Shown here in pieces: positions 1-8,745 of a stretch of 34,405 nt of DNA. The position numbers were made by a program, and so were the translations under genes. The stretch lies in IMG/VR virus record IMGVR_UViG_2639762844_000002, positions 1 to 34,405 of that record; one strand, 5' to 3'. Under the pieces are notes generated by a model, which saw nothing but the letters and a program-made list of their open reading frames with translations, was not told where the DNA came from and did not search any database. The stretch is from a virus. Its lineage: Duplodnaviria > Heunggongvirae > Uroviricota > Caudoviricetes. Each line of letters opens with the position of its first letter. Position 1 is the first letter of the stretch.

Positions 1-318
1 ATGAAAAAGATAGCTGCTATATCATTAATTAGTATTTTTATTATGTCTGGTTGTGCTGTGCATAATGATGAGACAAGTATCGGTAAATTTGGTCTTGCAT
101 ATAAAAGTAATATTCAGCGTAAACTCGATAACCAATACTACACCGAAGCCGAAGCTTCTTTAGCCAGGGGCAGAATATCTGGTGCAGAAAATATAGTAAA
201 AAATGATGCAGCCCATTTCTGTGTTACTCAGGGCAAAAAAATGCAGATAGTTGACCTGAAGACAGAAGGTGCAGGATTACATGGCGTCGCTCGTCTGACA
301 TTCAAATGTGGAGAGTGA
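1..318 (+). CDS. Host small lipoprotein-like protein (105 aa); possibly the yegR equivalent by synteny
   Basis: ORF begins MKKIAAISLISIFIMSGC: hydrophobic signal peptide ending in a Cys lipobox. Lies outside attL. The 105-aa length and position next to the cyaR-linked P2 site are consistent with K-12 yegR, but the sequence itself is not recognised. Confidence 0.5.
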   Translation: MKKIAAISLISIFIMSGCAVHNDETSIGKFGLAYKSNIQRKLDNQYYTEAEASLARGRISGAENIVKNDAAHFCVTQGKKMQIVDLKTEGAGLHGVARLTFKCGE

Positions 319-380
319 GAATATTTTTTGGTAAGCGTCAAACATGCGCGTTCTGGTTGTGCTTAGCCGGAACCTGTGCG

Positions 381-413
381 AGCACGATGCCGTTACGTGA
401 AAGGCATCGTGCT
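381..413. repeat. Perfect 11-bp inverted repeat (agcacgatgcc / ggcatcgtgct) with an 11-nt loop, in the host-side intergenic region
   Basis: Read directly from the sequence. No U-run follows on either strand, so it is not a classic intrinsic terminator. Confidence 0.4.
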
Positions 414-430
414 ATGAAGGGAGATTCTAT

Positions 431-459
431 CGATGTGGTCAATGGAAGACGGTGACCAG
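431..459 (+). repeat. P-arm-like sequence outside attL, homologous to the Int arm region at 32811..32839
   Basis: cgatgtggtcaatg is identical at both sites, followed by a closely similar gacg(g)tgaccag. This copy lies on the host side of the attL core. Confidence 0.4.
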
Positions 460-476
460 GGATAGGGCTTATGCAT

Positions 477-503
477 AAAAAATAAGCCCGTGTAAGGGAG
501 ATT
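477..503. repeat. attL core (aaaaaataagcccgtgtaagggagatt)
   Basis: Exact 27-bp direct repeat of 32873..32899, immediately upstream of the P-prime arm and int. Confidence 0.85.
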
Positions 504-582
504 TAGGGTGTCACCAGTAGGGGCTTTCAACGGTACAATGCGGGTTTGAGCGGCATAAATTACCACTGAAAGCCCTTAAACG

Positions 583-1596
583 TTACTCTACTGTGGACAC
601 TGTGTGGACACTCTCGGCCTCAGTACCACCTCTTAGCGGATTAAGAGAAATGGCGTCCTGAAGGTACTCTGGCGCAAAATGAGCGTAAACCATAGTTTGC
701 TCAATCCGCGTGTGACCTAGTATCCGTTGTAGCGTGATAATACTTCCTCCATTAATCATGAAATGAGTGGCAAAGCTGTGCCTTAGTGCATGTGTGGCTT
801 GCCCCATTGGCAAATCCGGTTTTATTGCTTTCATTGTTCGTCTGAAGCGAGGGTAATCAGCATCAGGGAATAAAAAACCTCGTTTGTTATCCGCGATCAT
901 TTTGGCAACAGCCTCTGAGATCGGGACGGTGCGTGGTTTGTTTGTTTTCGTTTTAACAAACGTGACGCGGTTATGGATGATATTTTCTGCTTTCAAACGA
1001 GCTGCTTCTCCCCAACGTGCTCCTGTACTCAGGCAAAGAATCGCAATCTTTTTATTGTCGCCGTCAAGTGCTGCAAGCAGTAAGGCAATTTCTTCCTGTG
1101 TGAGATAGCCTGTTTCTGGTTTTTCCTCCTTAAGCCTCTTTGTCCCTCTGATAGGGTGCTCACCAAAGAATAACTCCGCTTCAATCAGGGCTGTAAACAT
1201 GCCGCTAATACATGTTAAATCACGATTGATACTCGAAGGTTTAATACCCTGACTTCTTCGGGTGGCGCAGTACTGGCTGATAAGGGATTTCGTGATTTGA
1301 AATGCGCATGGGTCATTCGTTATTTTTGTGAAGATTTCAATTTTTCCAAGATTAGATTTCCCATGCTCTTCGTGTTTACCCTTTAAATCCCACCAGATCT
1401 GTGTCAGTTCCGACAGACGTCGTTTGTCTGTTGGTTTTGATAGCCATTCTTTATTGTGGTGGTTGTACAACGTGTATTTTTCGAAAGCGACAGCTTCGCT
1501 TTTCTTATCAAACTTCCTACGGATGCGTTTTCCGTTACGTCCAGTAGGGCGGATGTCCACTTCATATCGACCATCATCGAGTTTTTTGATTGCCAT
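583..1596 (-). CDS. int: Tyrosine integrase (P2 Int)
   Basis: 337 aa. C-terminal catalytic region with R...HxxR...Y (ATHALRHSFATH ... TMVYAH). Adjacent to attL. Length and sequence as P2 Int. Confidence 0.95.
   Translation of the reverse strand: MAIKKLDDGRYEVDIRPTGRNGKRIRRKFDKKSEAVAFEKYTLYNHHNKEWLSKPTDKRRLSELTQIWWDLKGKHEEHGKSNLGKIEIFTKITNDPCAFQITKSLISQYCATRRSQGIKPSSINRDLTCISGMFTALIEAELFFGEHPIRGTKRLKEEKPETGYLTQEEIALLLAALDGDNKKIAILCLSTGARWGEAARLKAENIIHNRVTFVKTKTNKPRTVPISEAVAKMIADNKRGFLFPDADYPRFRRTMKAIKPDLPMGQATHALRHSFATHFMINGGSIITLQRILGHTRIEQTMVYAHFAPEYLQDAISLNPLRGGTEAESVHTVSTVE
592..611. promoter_or_regulatory. Tandem direct repeats tgtggacac x2, likely Int arm-type binding sites (P-prime arm)
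   Basis: Two copies with 11-bp periodicity next to attL, overlapping the 3' end of int. A similar tgtggtc/tgtggac pair is at 32813..32835 in the P arm. Confidence 0.5.
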
Positions 1597-1711
1597 CAGA
1601 AAACCCTCCGAGTGGTACTTTTTTTTGCTACTACTAATCGCTTTTTTCGTGGTGGCTGAAATTTAGCCACCAATAGTAGGCACTTGTGATGAATATATTC
1701 ACGATAAATTG

Positions 1712-2011
1712 TTAACCAGTCTTTTGACCGGAGTGGGGCGACGTTGTTTCGTTTTGCCCAAAGTGTGCGAGAGCGGGCGCAATTTGCCCGGACTCAGGAG
1801 CGATCTGATTGGTCATGAACCATAAAGTGTATTTGGTGAATTGTGGGGTCTGCAGGATGTTCATCATGACATCTGTTGGAGGTGTTGAACGACCACTTTC
1901 ATAGTAACTCAGCGTGCCATACGGAACCCCTGTTAAATCAGCAAGTTGTTGTCTGCTCAAATACTCTGATTTTCGCATTAAGACTATCTTCTCGCTTATC
2001 GTGTTTGACAT
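1712..2011 (-). CDS. C: Immunity repressor C
   Basis: 99 aa, HTH-like segment (LSRQQLADLTGVPYGTLSYYE). Divergent from cox across an operator region. P2 C is 99 aa. Confidence 0.9.
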   Translation of the reverse strand: MSNTISEKIVLMRKSEYLSRQQLADLTGVPYGTLSYYESGRSTPPTDVMMNILQTPQFTKYTLWFMTNQIAPESGQIAPALAHFGQNETTSPHSGQKTG

Positions 2012-2125
2012 GGTGTTTAGATCTCAATAGTATTTAGTTTAGATGTAGATTGTTTAGTGCTTGGATGTGGGCACTAAAAGGCATTATAAGGCATTAAACG
2101 CAATTCATGAGGGCTAGAGGACGAC
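2012..2125. promoter_or_regulatory. Pc/Pe early switch region with C operator direct repeats
   Basis: gtttagat at 2015..2022 and 2037..2044, spaced 22 bp centre to centre as described for P2 C operators. A second direct repeat aaggcatta sits at 2078..2086 and 2088..2096. Confidence 0.6.
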
Positions 2126-2401
2126 ATGAGCAAGCAAGTAACACTCATGACTGATGCGATTCCTTATCAGGAGTTCGCAAAACTAATAGGAAAATCGACA
2201 GGAGCGGTTCGTCGGATGATCGATAAAGGAAAGCTGCCTGTAATTGATATGACCGATCCACAATCAGCTTCAGGTCGTGCAGGTGAATATTGGGTATACC
2301 TTCCGGCATGGAATAACGGACTAAAACTGGCTTATGAAAGCCGCCCTAAAGAGATTCGTGACGGCTGGTTGATGTGGTTAGGTCTCGGTGAACCACGTTA
2401 A
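2126..2401 (+). CDS. cox: Cox (excisionase / early repressor of Pc)
   Basis: 91 aa, divergent from C. RBS agagg lies 6 nt upstream. Confidence 0.9.
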   Translation: MSKQVTLMTDAIPYQEFAKLIGKSTGAVRRMIDKGKLPVIDMTDPQSASGRAGEYWVYLPAWNNGLKLAYESRPKEIRDGWLMWLGLGEPR

Positions 2402-2411
2402 GGAGAACCGT

Positions 2412-2582
2412 ATGAACGAGCCTCGTTGTATTGCTCAGTTACTGCGTAACGAAAGCCCCAGGGCGATTGACTTCACCATCACCCACGGGAAGGGACGCAA
2501 GGGAATCATTATCCGCACCAAAAAACAGAGTCCGTTAAAAAAGGCTCTGACCTTTCTGAAAAGCCGGAGGGTATGGAAATGA
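2412..2582 (+). CDS. Small early protein (P2 orf78-like)
   Basis: ATG at 2412 preceded by AGGAG; the track ORF opens at an in-frame GTG at 2388. Position matches P2 orf78. Confidence 0.55.
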   Translation: MNEPRCIAQLLRNESPRAIDFTITHGKGRKGIIIRTKKQSPLKKALTFLKSRRVWK

Positions 2583-3079
2583 CAGTGATGACGCTCAATC
2601 TCGTTGAAAAACAGCCAGCAACTATGCGCCGGATAATTGGTAAGCATCTGGCCGTCCCTCGCTGGCAGGAGACATGCGATTATTATAATCAGATGATGGA
2701 ACGCGAACGGTTAACGGTTTGCTTTCATGCGCAGTTAAAACAGCGTCACGCAACGATGCGTTTTGAAGAAATGAACGACGTCGAACGTGAACGACTGGTA
2801 TGTGCAATTGATGAATTGCGCGGGGCATTCTCAAAACGCCGTCAGGTTGGCGCAAGTGAGTATGCATATATTAGTTTTTTAACAGTCAGTCAGCGTCGCA
2901 CTTTATTTATGCACGCACGACTGACAGAAAAAGAATTTAACCAGCCATACTGGCGAATTAATGAAGAGTCATGTTACTGGCGTGATGCTTTATTCCGTGC
3001 ATTACGTGAATTATTCAGCCTGTTTGAGTATGCACCGACAATTCTGACGTCGGTAAAACCAGAGCAATATCTGCATTAA
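2579..3079 (+). CDS. B: Replication protein B (helicase loader-like)
   Basis: 166 aa when started at the ATG at 2579 (RBS GGAGG 8 nt upstream). The track ORF starts at 2573. Position and length as P2 B. Confidence 0.85.
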   Translation: MTVMTLNLVEKQPATMRRIIGKHLAVPRWQETCDYYNQMMERERLTVCFHAQLKQRHATMRFEEMNDVERERLVCAIDELRGAFSKRRQVGASEYAYISFLTVSQRRTLFMHARLTEKEFNQPYWRINEESCYWRDALFRALRELFSLFEYAPTILTSVKPEQYLH

Positions 3080-3142
3080 GTAATTAACCAGAGTTTTTAA
3101 CGCACTTAATTGTGCGGGGCTTCTTTTTGCCTGGAGAAAGTC

Positions 3143-3367
3143 ATGCATACAGTTTCTGAAAATCAGTGCGGTAAATACGCATTACTGCTGCAACAGGCCA
3201 GAACCGAAGCACAGGCCGACGCTGCGACGCGCTTTTCTTCTCATCTTGACGCCATGATTCGCCACATCACAAAGGCGGAGTTATCCCGCGTGGAGATAGT
3301 CGAGCTGCTCAGTCAGGAGTCGGAAAAATTTCACAATATCGGATTGTCTCGCGGGGAGGTGCTTTGA
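3143..3367 (+). CDS. Hypothetical early protein (P2 orf80 position)
   Basis: ATG at 3143 with RBS ggagaaag. Syntenic with P2 orf80. Confidence 0.6.
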   Translation: MHTVSENQCGKYALLLQQARTEAQADAATRFSSHLDAMIRHITKAELSRVEIVELLSQESEKFHNIGLSRGEVL

Positions 3368-3666
3368 TGTCCTGTTCTCATTCAGTTGTATTACTGAATA
3401 ACGCCTTAAAAATCGCCGTTATGAAAAATGGCGATTTGTCTCTTATTCAACTTTGCCTTGATAAAGAAAAACGCGACATAACTGAATCTGTTATCGCGAT
3501 TTATCAGAATGAATTAAACCTCCTGTCTGATGTGGTCAATTTACTTGTTAAACGCGCTGTATTCCACAAGCAAATTTCCTCAGTGGATGAACTGACAAAA
3601 TTAACGACAGAACTTGCCAGTTATTGCGCTGATGTATCCAGGAAACTTAACGATAAAAGGAGCTGA
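3367..3666 (+). CDS. Hypothetical early protein (P2 orf81 position)
   Basis: ATG overlaps the upstream stop (tgATG); RBS ggggagg. Confidence 0.6.
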   Translation: MSCSHSVVLLNNALKIAVMKNGDLSLIQLCLDKEKRDITESVIAIYQNELNLLSDVVNLLVKRAVFHKQISSVDELTKLTTELASYCADVSRKLNDKRS

Positions 3667-3668
3667 TA

Positions 3669-3893
3669 ATGCCGGACAACGTAGATTTTATTCAGGAACA
3701 ACAGGCTGAATTACTGGAGCGCCAGATTAACGCGGCAAGGGTAAAACATTGCGGTGCTTCTGCGCTGGTTTGCGAAGAGTGTGACGCGCCAATACCTGCT
3801 GCCCGTCGTGCGGCTTACCCGTCAGCCACGCGTTGTGTTTCCTGTCAGTCAGTCTTTGAAGCAAAAAACAAACATTACCGGAGAACGGCATGA
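3669..3893 (+). CDS. TraR/DksA-family C4 zinc-finger protein (P2 orf82 position)
   Basis: 74 aa with CxxC...CxxC (CEECDAP ... CVSCQ), typical of the DksA/TraR zinc finger. Confidence 0.75.
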   Translation: MPDNVDFIQEQQAELLERQINAARVKHCGASALVCEECDAPIPAARRAAYPSATRCVSCQSVFEAKNKHYRRTA

Positions 3894-4165
3894 GTATTCG
3901 TATTGAAATTGGCGAACGTTATGTCGTTACCAGTGACAGCTTTCAGTTTATTCTCCACGAGAAAAAGAGAGCGGAAAGCGGTAAAAACGCCGGTCAGGAA
4001 TGGCTGGCGGTGGTTGGTTATTACCCGAAATTAAGCCAGCTCGTTTCCGGCCTGATGCATCACGATATTCTGACCGGAAGCGCAAAGTCTTTTGCTGATT
4101 TAAACGCGCAGGTTGAGCAACTCAGCAAGCGTTGTTCAGAGGCTTTTGGCTCATATGGCCGTTAA
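3890..4165 (+). CDS. Hypothetical early protein (P2 orf83 position)
   Basis: 91 aa; start overlaps the upstream stop. Confidence 0.6.
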   Translation: MSIRIEIGERYVVTSDSFQFILHEKKRAESGKNAGQEWLAVVGYYPKLSQLVSGLMHHDILTGSAKSFADLNAQVEQLSKRCSEAFGSYGR

Positions 4166-6440
4166 AGCCTCCGGGCGTTTTGTCCCTCCGTCAGCATTTG
4201 CCGCAGGCACCGGTAAGACGTTTACCGGTGCTTATGCATGGAACGCGCCACGCGAGGCTGTCGGGCGCGAAAGACCCCTTACACGTGACGAGATGCGTCA
4301 GGTGCAAGGTGTTTTATCCACGATTAACCGCCTGCCTTACTTTTTGCGCTCGCTGTTTACTTCACGTTATGACTACATCCGGCGCAATAAAAGCCCGGTG
4401 CACGGGTTTTATTTCCTCACATCCACTTTTCAGCGTCGTTTATGGCCGCGCATTGAGCGTGTGAATCAGCGCCATGAAATGAACACCGACGCGTCGTTGC
4501 TGTTTCTGGCAGAGCGTGACCACTATGCGCGCCTGCCGGGAATGAATGACAAGGAGCTGAAAAAGTTTGCTGCCCGTATCTCATCGCAGCTTTTCATGAT
4601 GTATGAGGAACTCAGCGATGCCTGGGTGGATGCGCATGGCGAGAAAGAATCGCTGTTTACGGATGAGGCGCAGGCTCACCTCTATGGTCATGTTGCTGGC
4701 GCTGCACGTGCTTTCAATATTTCCCCGCTTTACTGGAAAAAATACCGTAAAGGACAGATGACCACGAGGCAGGCATATTCTGCAATTGCCCGTCTGTTTA
4801 ACGATGAGTGGTGGACTCATCAGCTTAAAGGCCAGCGTATGCGCTGGCATGAAGCGTTACTGATAGCTGTCGGGGAGGTCAATAAAGACCGTTCTCCTTA
4901 TGCCAGTAAACACGCCATTCGTGATGTGCGTGCGCGCCGCCAGGCAAATCTGGAATTTCTTAAATCGTGTGACCTTGAAAACAGGGAAACCGGCGAGCGC
5001 ATCGACCTTATCAGTAAGGTGATGGGCAGTATTTCTAATCCTGAAATTCGCCGGATGGAGCTGATGAACACCATTGCCGGTATTGAGCGTTACGCCGCCG
5101 CAGAGGGTGATGTGGGGATGTTTATCACGCTGACCGCGCCGTCAAAGTATCACCCGACACGTCAGGTCAGAAAAGGCGAAAGTAAAACCGTTCAGCTAAA
5201 TCACGGCTGGAACGATGAGGCATTTAATCCAAAGGATGCGCAGCGTTATCTCTGCCGCATCTGGAGCCTGATGCGCACGGCATTCAAGGATAATGATTTA
5301 CAGGTCTACGGTTTGCGTGTCGTCGAGCCACACCACGACGGAACGCCGCACTGGCATATGATGCTTTTTTGTAATCCACGCCAGCGTAACCAGATTATCG
5401 AAATCATGCGTCGCTACGCGCTCAAAGAGGATGGAGACGAAAGAGGAGCTGCGCGAAACCGTTTTCAGGCAAAGCACCTTAACCGGGGCGGTGCTGCGGG
5501 ATATATCGCGAAATACATTTCAAAAAATATCGACGGCTATGCACTGGATGGTCAGCTCGATAACGATACCGGTAAGCCGCTTAAAGATACTGCCGCGGCT
5601 GTTACCGCATGGGCGTCAACGTGGCGCATCCCGCAATTTAAAACGGTTGGCCTGCCGACAATGGGGGCTTACCGTGAACTACGCAAATTGCCGCGCGGCG
5701 TCAGCATTGCTGATGAGTTTGACGAGCGCGTCGAGGCTGCACGCGCCGCCGCAGACAGTGGTGATTTTGCGTTGTATATCAGCGCGCAGGGTGGGGCAAA
5801 TGTCCCGCGCGATTGTCAGACTGTCAGGGTCGCCCGTAGCCCGTCGGATGAAGTTAACGAGTACGAGGAAGAAGTCGAGAGAGTGGTCGGCATTTACGCG
5901 CCGCATCTCGGCGCGCGTCATATTCATATCACCAGAACGACGGACTGGCGCATTGTTCCGAAAGTTCCGGTCGTTGAGCCTTTGACTTTAAAAAGCGGCA
6001 TCGCCGCGCCTCGGAGTCCTGTCAATAACTGTGGAAAGCTCACCGGTGGTGATACTTCGTCACCGGCTCCCACGCCTTCTGAACACGCCGTAGCAGTGCT
6101 TAATCTGGTAGATGACGGTGTTATCGAATGGAATGACCAGGAGGTCGTGAGGGCGCTCAGAGGTGCATTAAAACACGGTCTGAGAAGACCAAACCGTCAG
6201 CAAAGAAACGGAAGCCCGTTAAAACCGCATGAAATAGCGCCATCGGCCAGACTGACCCGGTCGGAACGAATGCAAATTACCTGTATCCGCGTTGACCTTG
6301 CTCAGAACGGTATCAGGCCACAGCGATGGGAGCTTGAGGCGCTGGCTCGGGGAGCGACCATAAATTATGGCGGGAAAAAATTCACGTATCCGGTCATTGA
6401 TGAGTGGCCGGGATTCTCAACAGTAATGGAGTGGACATAA
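4155..6440 (+). CDS. A: Replication initiation endonuclease A (rolling-circle)
   Basis: 761 aa from the ATG at 4155, matching P2 A length. The track ORF extends to 4113 but that start overlaps orf83 by 53 nt. Confidence 0.9.
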   Translation: MAVKASGRFVPPSAFAAGTGKTFTGAYAWNAPREAVGRERPLTRDEMRQVQGVLSTINRLPYFLRSLFTSRYDYIRRNKSPVHGFYFLTSTFQRRLWPRIERVNQRHEMNTDASLLFLAERDHYARLPGMNDKELKKFAARISSQLFMMYEELSDAWVDAHGEKESLFTDEAQAHLYGHVAGAARAFNISPLYWKKYRKGQMTTRQAYSAIARLFNDEWWTHQLKGQRMRWHEALLIAVGEVNKDRSPYASKHAIRDVRARRQANLEFLKSCDLENRETGERIDLISKVMGSISNPEIRRMELMNTIAGIERYAAAEGDVGMFITLTAPSKYHPTRQVRKGESKTVQLNHGWNDEAFNPKDAQRYLCRIWSLMRTAFKDNDLQVYGLRVVEPHHDGTPHWHMMLFCNPRQRNQIIEIMRRYALKEDGDERGAARNRFQAKHLNRGGAAGYIAKYISKNIDGYALDGQLDNDTGKPLKDTAAAVTAWASTWRIPQFKTVGLPTMGAYRELRKLPRGVSIADEFDERVEAARAAADSGDFALYISAQGGANVPRDCQTVRVARSPSDEVNEYEEEVERVVGIYAPHLGARHIHITRTTDWRIVPKVPVVEPLTLKSGIAAPRSPVNNCGKLTGGDTSSPAPTPSEHAVAVLNLVDDGVIEWNDQEVVRALRGALKHGLRRPNRQQRNGSPLKPHEIAPSARLTRSERMQITCIRVDLAQNGIRPQRWELEALARGATINYGGKKFTYPVIDEWPGFSTVMEWT

Positions 6441-6507
6441 TGGCAAAAATTCACGCAATATTAGATAATTTCGTACTGTATATATTTAGTGTTATTGAAA
6501 AATCTCG

Positions 6508-6525
6508 ACAGAAAGAGTTTTCTGT
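6508..6525 (+). terminator. Weak hairpin (acagaaa / tttctgt) followed by an AT-run downstream of A
   Basis: 7-bp stem, 4-nt loop, then attta. Possible A terminator. Confidence 0.3.
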
Positions 6526-6593
6526 ATTTAATCGTTGCTTGCAGTTTGGTATTGTTTACCATGATTGTTTGTTAAGTGCTTTAAAGGTGAGGA

Positions 6594-8432
6594 ATGAGCG
6601 AGTTTGATGTTTTTTCTATTTCAGTTGATGATTTTAAAAAAAGTGAATACGCCAGTATATTATCATCGCCAAGAAGTTATTCTCATTTTGATATGGAGTC
6701 TTATTTTGTTCAGTTGTTGTCATCTTACAAGCTAAAAAACGATGTAAGTTCTTGGCGGCTTTGCTATTTATTACGTGCGTTGTTTAATTTTAAATTTTCT
6801 AGGTCTGGTGATATTATCGGTTTTGAGCCAAAAATCATTCTCTATCCTGAGAGGGGCTATAGGCCTTCAGATTATAAGGAGAGTTTTTCAACAATATTAA
6901 CTTGTATTAAAGAAAACTCCGATAATCCTTATATTATATCTAGGGTGTGTGATGTTTTATGGATAAATAACCGTAAGGATATAGACTCTGCCAATAAAGC
7001 AATAGAGTCATATTCTCTAATGGTTAATGATGCTTGCGATACTTTAATAGAAAAACAAGAGTCAGGTGATATCCATATTTTTGATGTTGTTGACTGCTTG
7101 GATAGAGGTATCGCAATATCGCGCATGCTTATTGGCAGGAAAAAACAACTACAAGGGGGGATAGTTGATTCGACATTAAGGTTATATCATGTATTAATAG
7201 ACTCTGGTATATTCACCGGTGTATTAAGAGTTTCTGAAATTCTTTATAAGAATAATTTATTGTGTCCCTTGCAATTGGCTGAGAATGCAGAAAAGATAGC
7301 TGATGAGCATTGTGGAGCGTCTTATTTTGATGCAGTGAAAAAATTGTTTTATTTTGCGTCTGAATTATATGTTAAAAACGATATGGAAGAGCAAGGAAGA
7401 CGGTGCAGAATTAAAGCGTCAGAAATAACATTGGCTCAATTTGAACAGTCTTCATCTTCAATATTGAAGGCTCATTGGTTAAGAGTTGCTCTTGGCGAAT
7501 TTAGAGCAATTGGTGGAATGAATGAAGAAATTAAAAAGATTAGAGAGGAATTGAATTCTATTCGAGATCAAATCAATGATGAAATGCACTTCTTTGCAAT
7601 ACCAATGGATCTTAGTGATGTTATCGCTCAGAAAGAGCATGTTTATAATCAATTGGATTTCTCAAGGGTAATTAAAACTTTAATTGCTAGATTTAAGATT
7701 GTAAGTGCCAGTGAAATTATGGAAAGAGCTCGTTCCGATGCTAAAAAACATTTTTTTCTTAATATGAGTGAAACGGTTGTTTATGATGATAGAGGGCGCG
7801 TTGTAGCAAGTCGTTCACCTTTGGATCCTGCGGGGGATATAAGTTTAAATGATGCTTGTGCAAATTATTTAAGAACTAGTAACATTGAGCATCAGGTCTA
7901 TGTTTGTGGTGAGTTTGAAGTCGTTAGGCAAAGTGTGTTGGCTAGGTATTCATTAAATGAAAATACATTTGACCCAATCTCACAACAAAGTGCATTTGTT
8001 CCACCTGGGTATGCAGAAATATTTTCTTTGGGGTTTTATAAGCTTTGGCAGGGAGATTATGTGTCTGCCTGTTATTTGTTATTGCCGCAATTGGAGAATT
8101 CAATTAGATGGATTTTAGAATTAAGAAGAAAAGAAACAACGAAAATAGATGTGTCGCTTTTTGAGGAGGCTACTAGCCTATCTCAAATGCTTGCAAATTA
8201 TAGGAGTGAAATGGAAGGTGTTTTTGATAGTGATCATGTATTGACTATGGATTTATTGTTCAATATGAAAGGTGGTGCTGCAATTAGACACACGATGGCT
8301 CATGGCAGGTATACTGTAAATCATTGTTATCAACCAACTTCAGTTTTTGCCTGTGTCTTTATCTTTTATTTAACTTGTTTGCCTTTATTTAGTGTATGGG
8401 AAGATAAAGTTGAACCTTATCTGGCTGATTAA
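6594..8432 (+). CDS. Cargo protein of unknown function (612 aa) at the tin/old hotspot; candidate anti-phage defence protein
   Basis: Long ORF in an AT-rich block between A and cos. RBS aggtgagg. No Walker A (GxxxxGK[ST]) motif, unlike P2 Old. C-terminal hydrophobic stretch SVFACVFIFYLTCLPLFSVW. An R-x4-H motif (AIRHTMAHG) sits near the C-terminus. Confidence 0.8.
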   Translation: MSEFDVFSISVDDFKKSEYASILSSPRSYSHFDMESYFVQLLSSYKLKNDVSSWRLCYLLRALFNFKFSRSGDIIGFEPKIILYPERGYRPSDYKESFSTILTCIKENSDNPYIISRVCDVLWINNRKDIDSANKAIESYSLMVNDACDTLIEKQESGDIHIFDVVDCLDRGIAISRMLIGRKKQLQGGIVDSTLRLYHVLIDSGIFTGVLRVSEILYKNNLLCPLQLAENAEKIADEHCGASYFDAVKKLFYFASELYVKNDMEEQGRRCRIKASEITLAQFEQSSSSILKAHWLRVALGEFRAIGGMNEEIKKIREELNSIRDQINDEMHFFAIPMDLSDVIAQKEHVYNQLDFSRVIKTLIARFKIVSASEIMERARSDAKKHFFLNMSETVVYDDRGRVVASRSPLDPAGDISLNDACANYLRTSNIEHQVYVCGEFEVVRQSVLARYSLNENTFDPISQQSAFVPPGYAEIFSLGFYKLWQGDYVSACYLLLPQLENSIRWILELRRKETTKIDVSLFEEATSLSQMLANYRSEMEGVFDSDHVLTMDLLFNMKGGAAIRHTMAHGRYTVNHCYQPTSVFACVFIFYLTCLPLFSVWEDKVEPYLAD

Positions 8433-8593
8433 TGGAAGTTGATTTAGGTATTTTGGCATTTATCTTTCTGCGTGCAATATGTGCATGGTTTTGCATGTGC
8501 CGGAGTTGCATGTTCCGGCCGTGCGTCCGCCAGGACGGGCGTGGCTCAAAAGCGGTATTGCACCTGCATTAAAACCGCCCCACGAAGCGGGCG

Positions 8594-8612
8594 GGCGAGG
8601 CGGGGAAAGCAC
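8594..8612. other. cos site: 19-nt cohesive end ggcgaggcggggaaagcac
   Basis: Matches the P2 cohesive-end sequence as I recall it. Embedded in a GC-rich non-coding island (about 8470..8650) inside AT-rich cargo, upstream of Q as in P2. Confidence 0.6.
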
Positions 8613-8745
8613 TGCGCGCAATGATGTCAGTTTGAGGGCATCAGGCATGGGGACACTACACAGTTTCATTTTTGTTATTAATTGTTTATCATATAAGTGT
8701 TTGTTTTTTGAACGGCATGTCGTGTGCTATATGGAGTGAATAGAA

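Noticed and set aside
884-1666. Plus-strand ORFs antisense to int (884..1108, 1328..1666, 1456..1659)
   Set aside because: Antisense to a confidently identified integrase, with no RBS or recognisable features.
4113-4154. Extended start of A at 4113
   Set aside because: It would overlap orf83 by 53 nt. The ATG at 4155 gives 761 aa, the P2 A length.
6404-6607. 67-aa ORF overlapping the end of A and the start of the 612-aa gene
   Set aside because: Overlaps the A 3' end in another frame and the RBS of the next gene; no independent support.
6594-8432. The 612-aa protein as a P2 Old homologue
   Set aside because: Old-family proteins have an N-terminal ABC-type ATPase with a Walker A motif; none is present here.
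8460-8739. ORFs 8479..8739 (+) and 8460..8669 (-) in the GC-rich island
   Set aside because: Pro/Gly/Ala/Arg-rich, low-complexity translations with no RBS. The region contains the cos 19-mer and repeat motifs, so it is more likely a non-coding packaging site.
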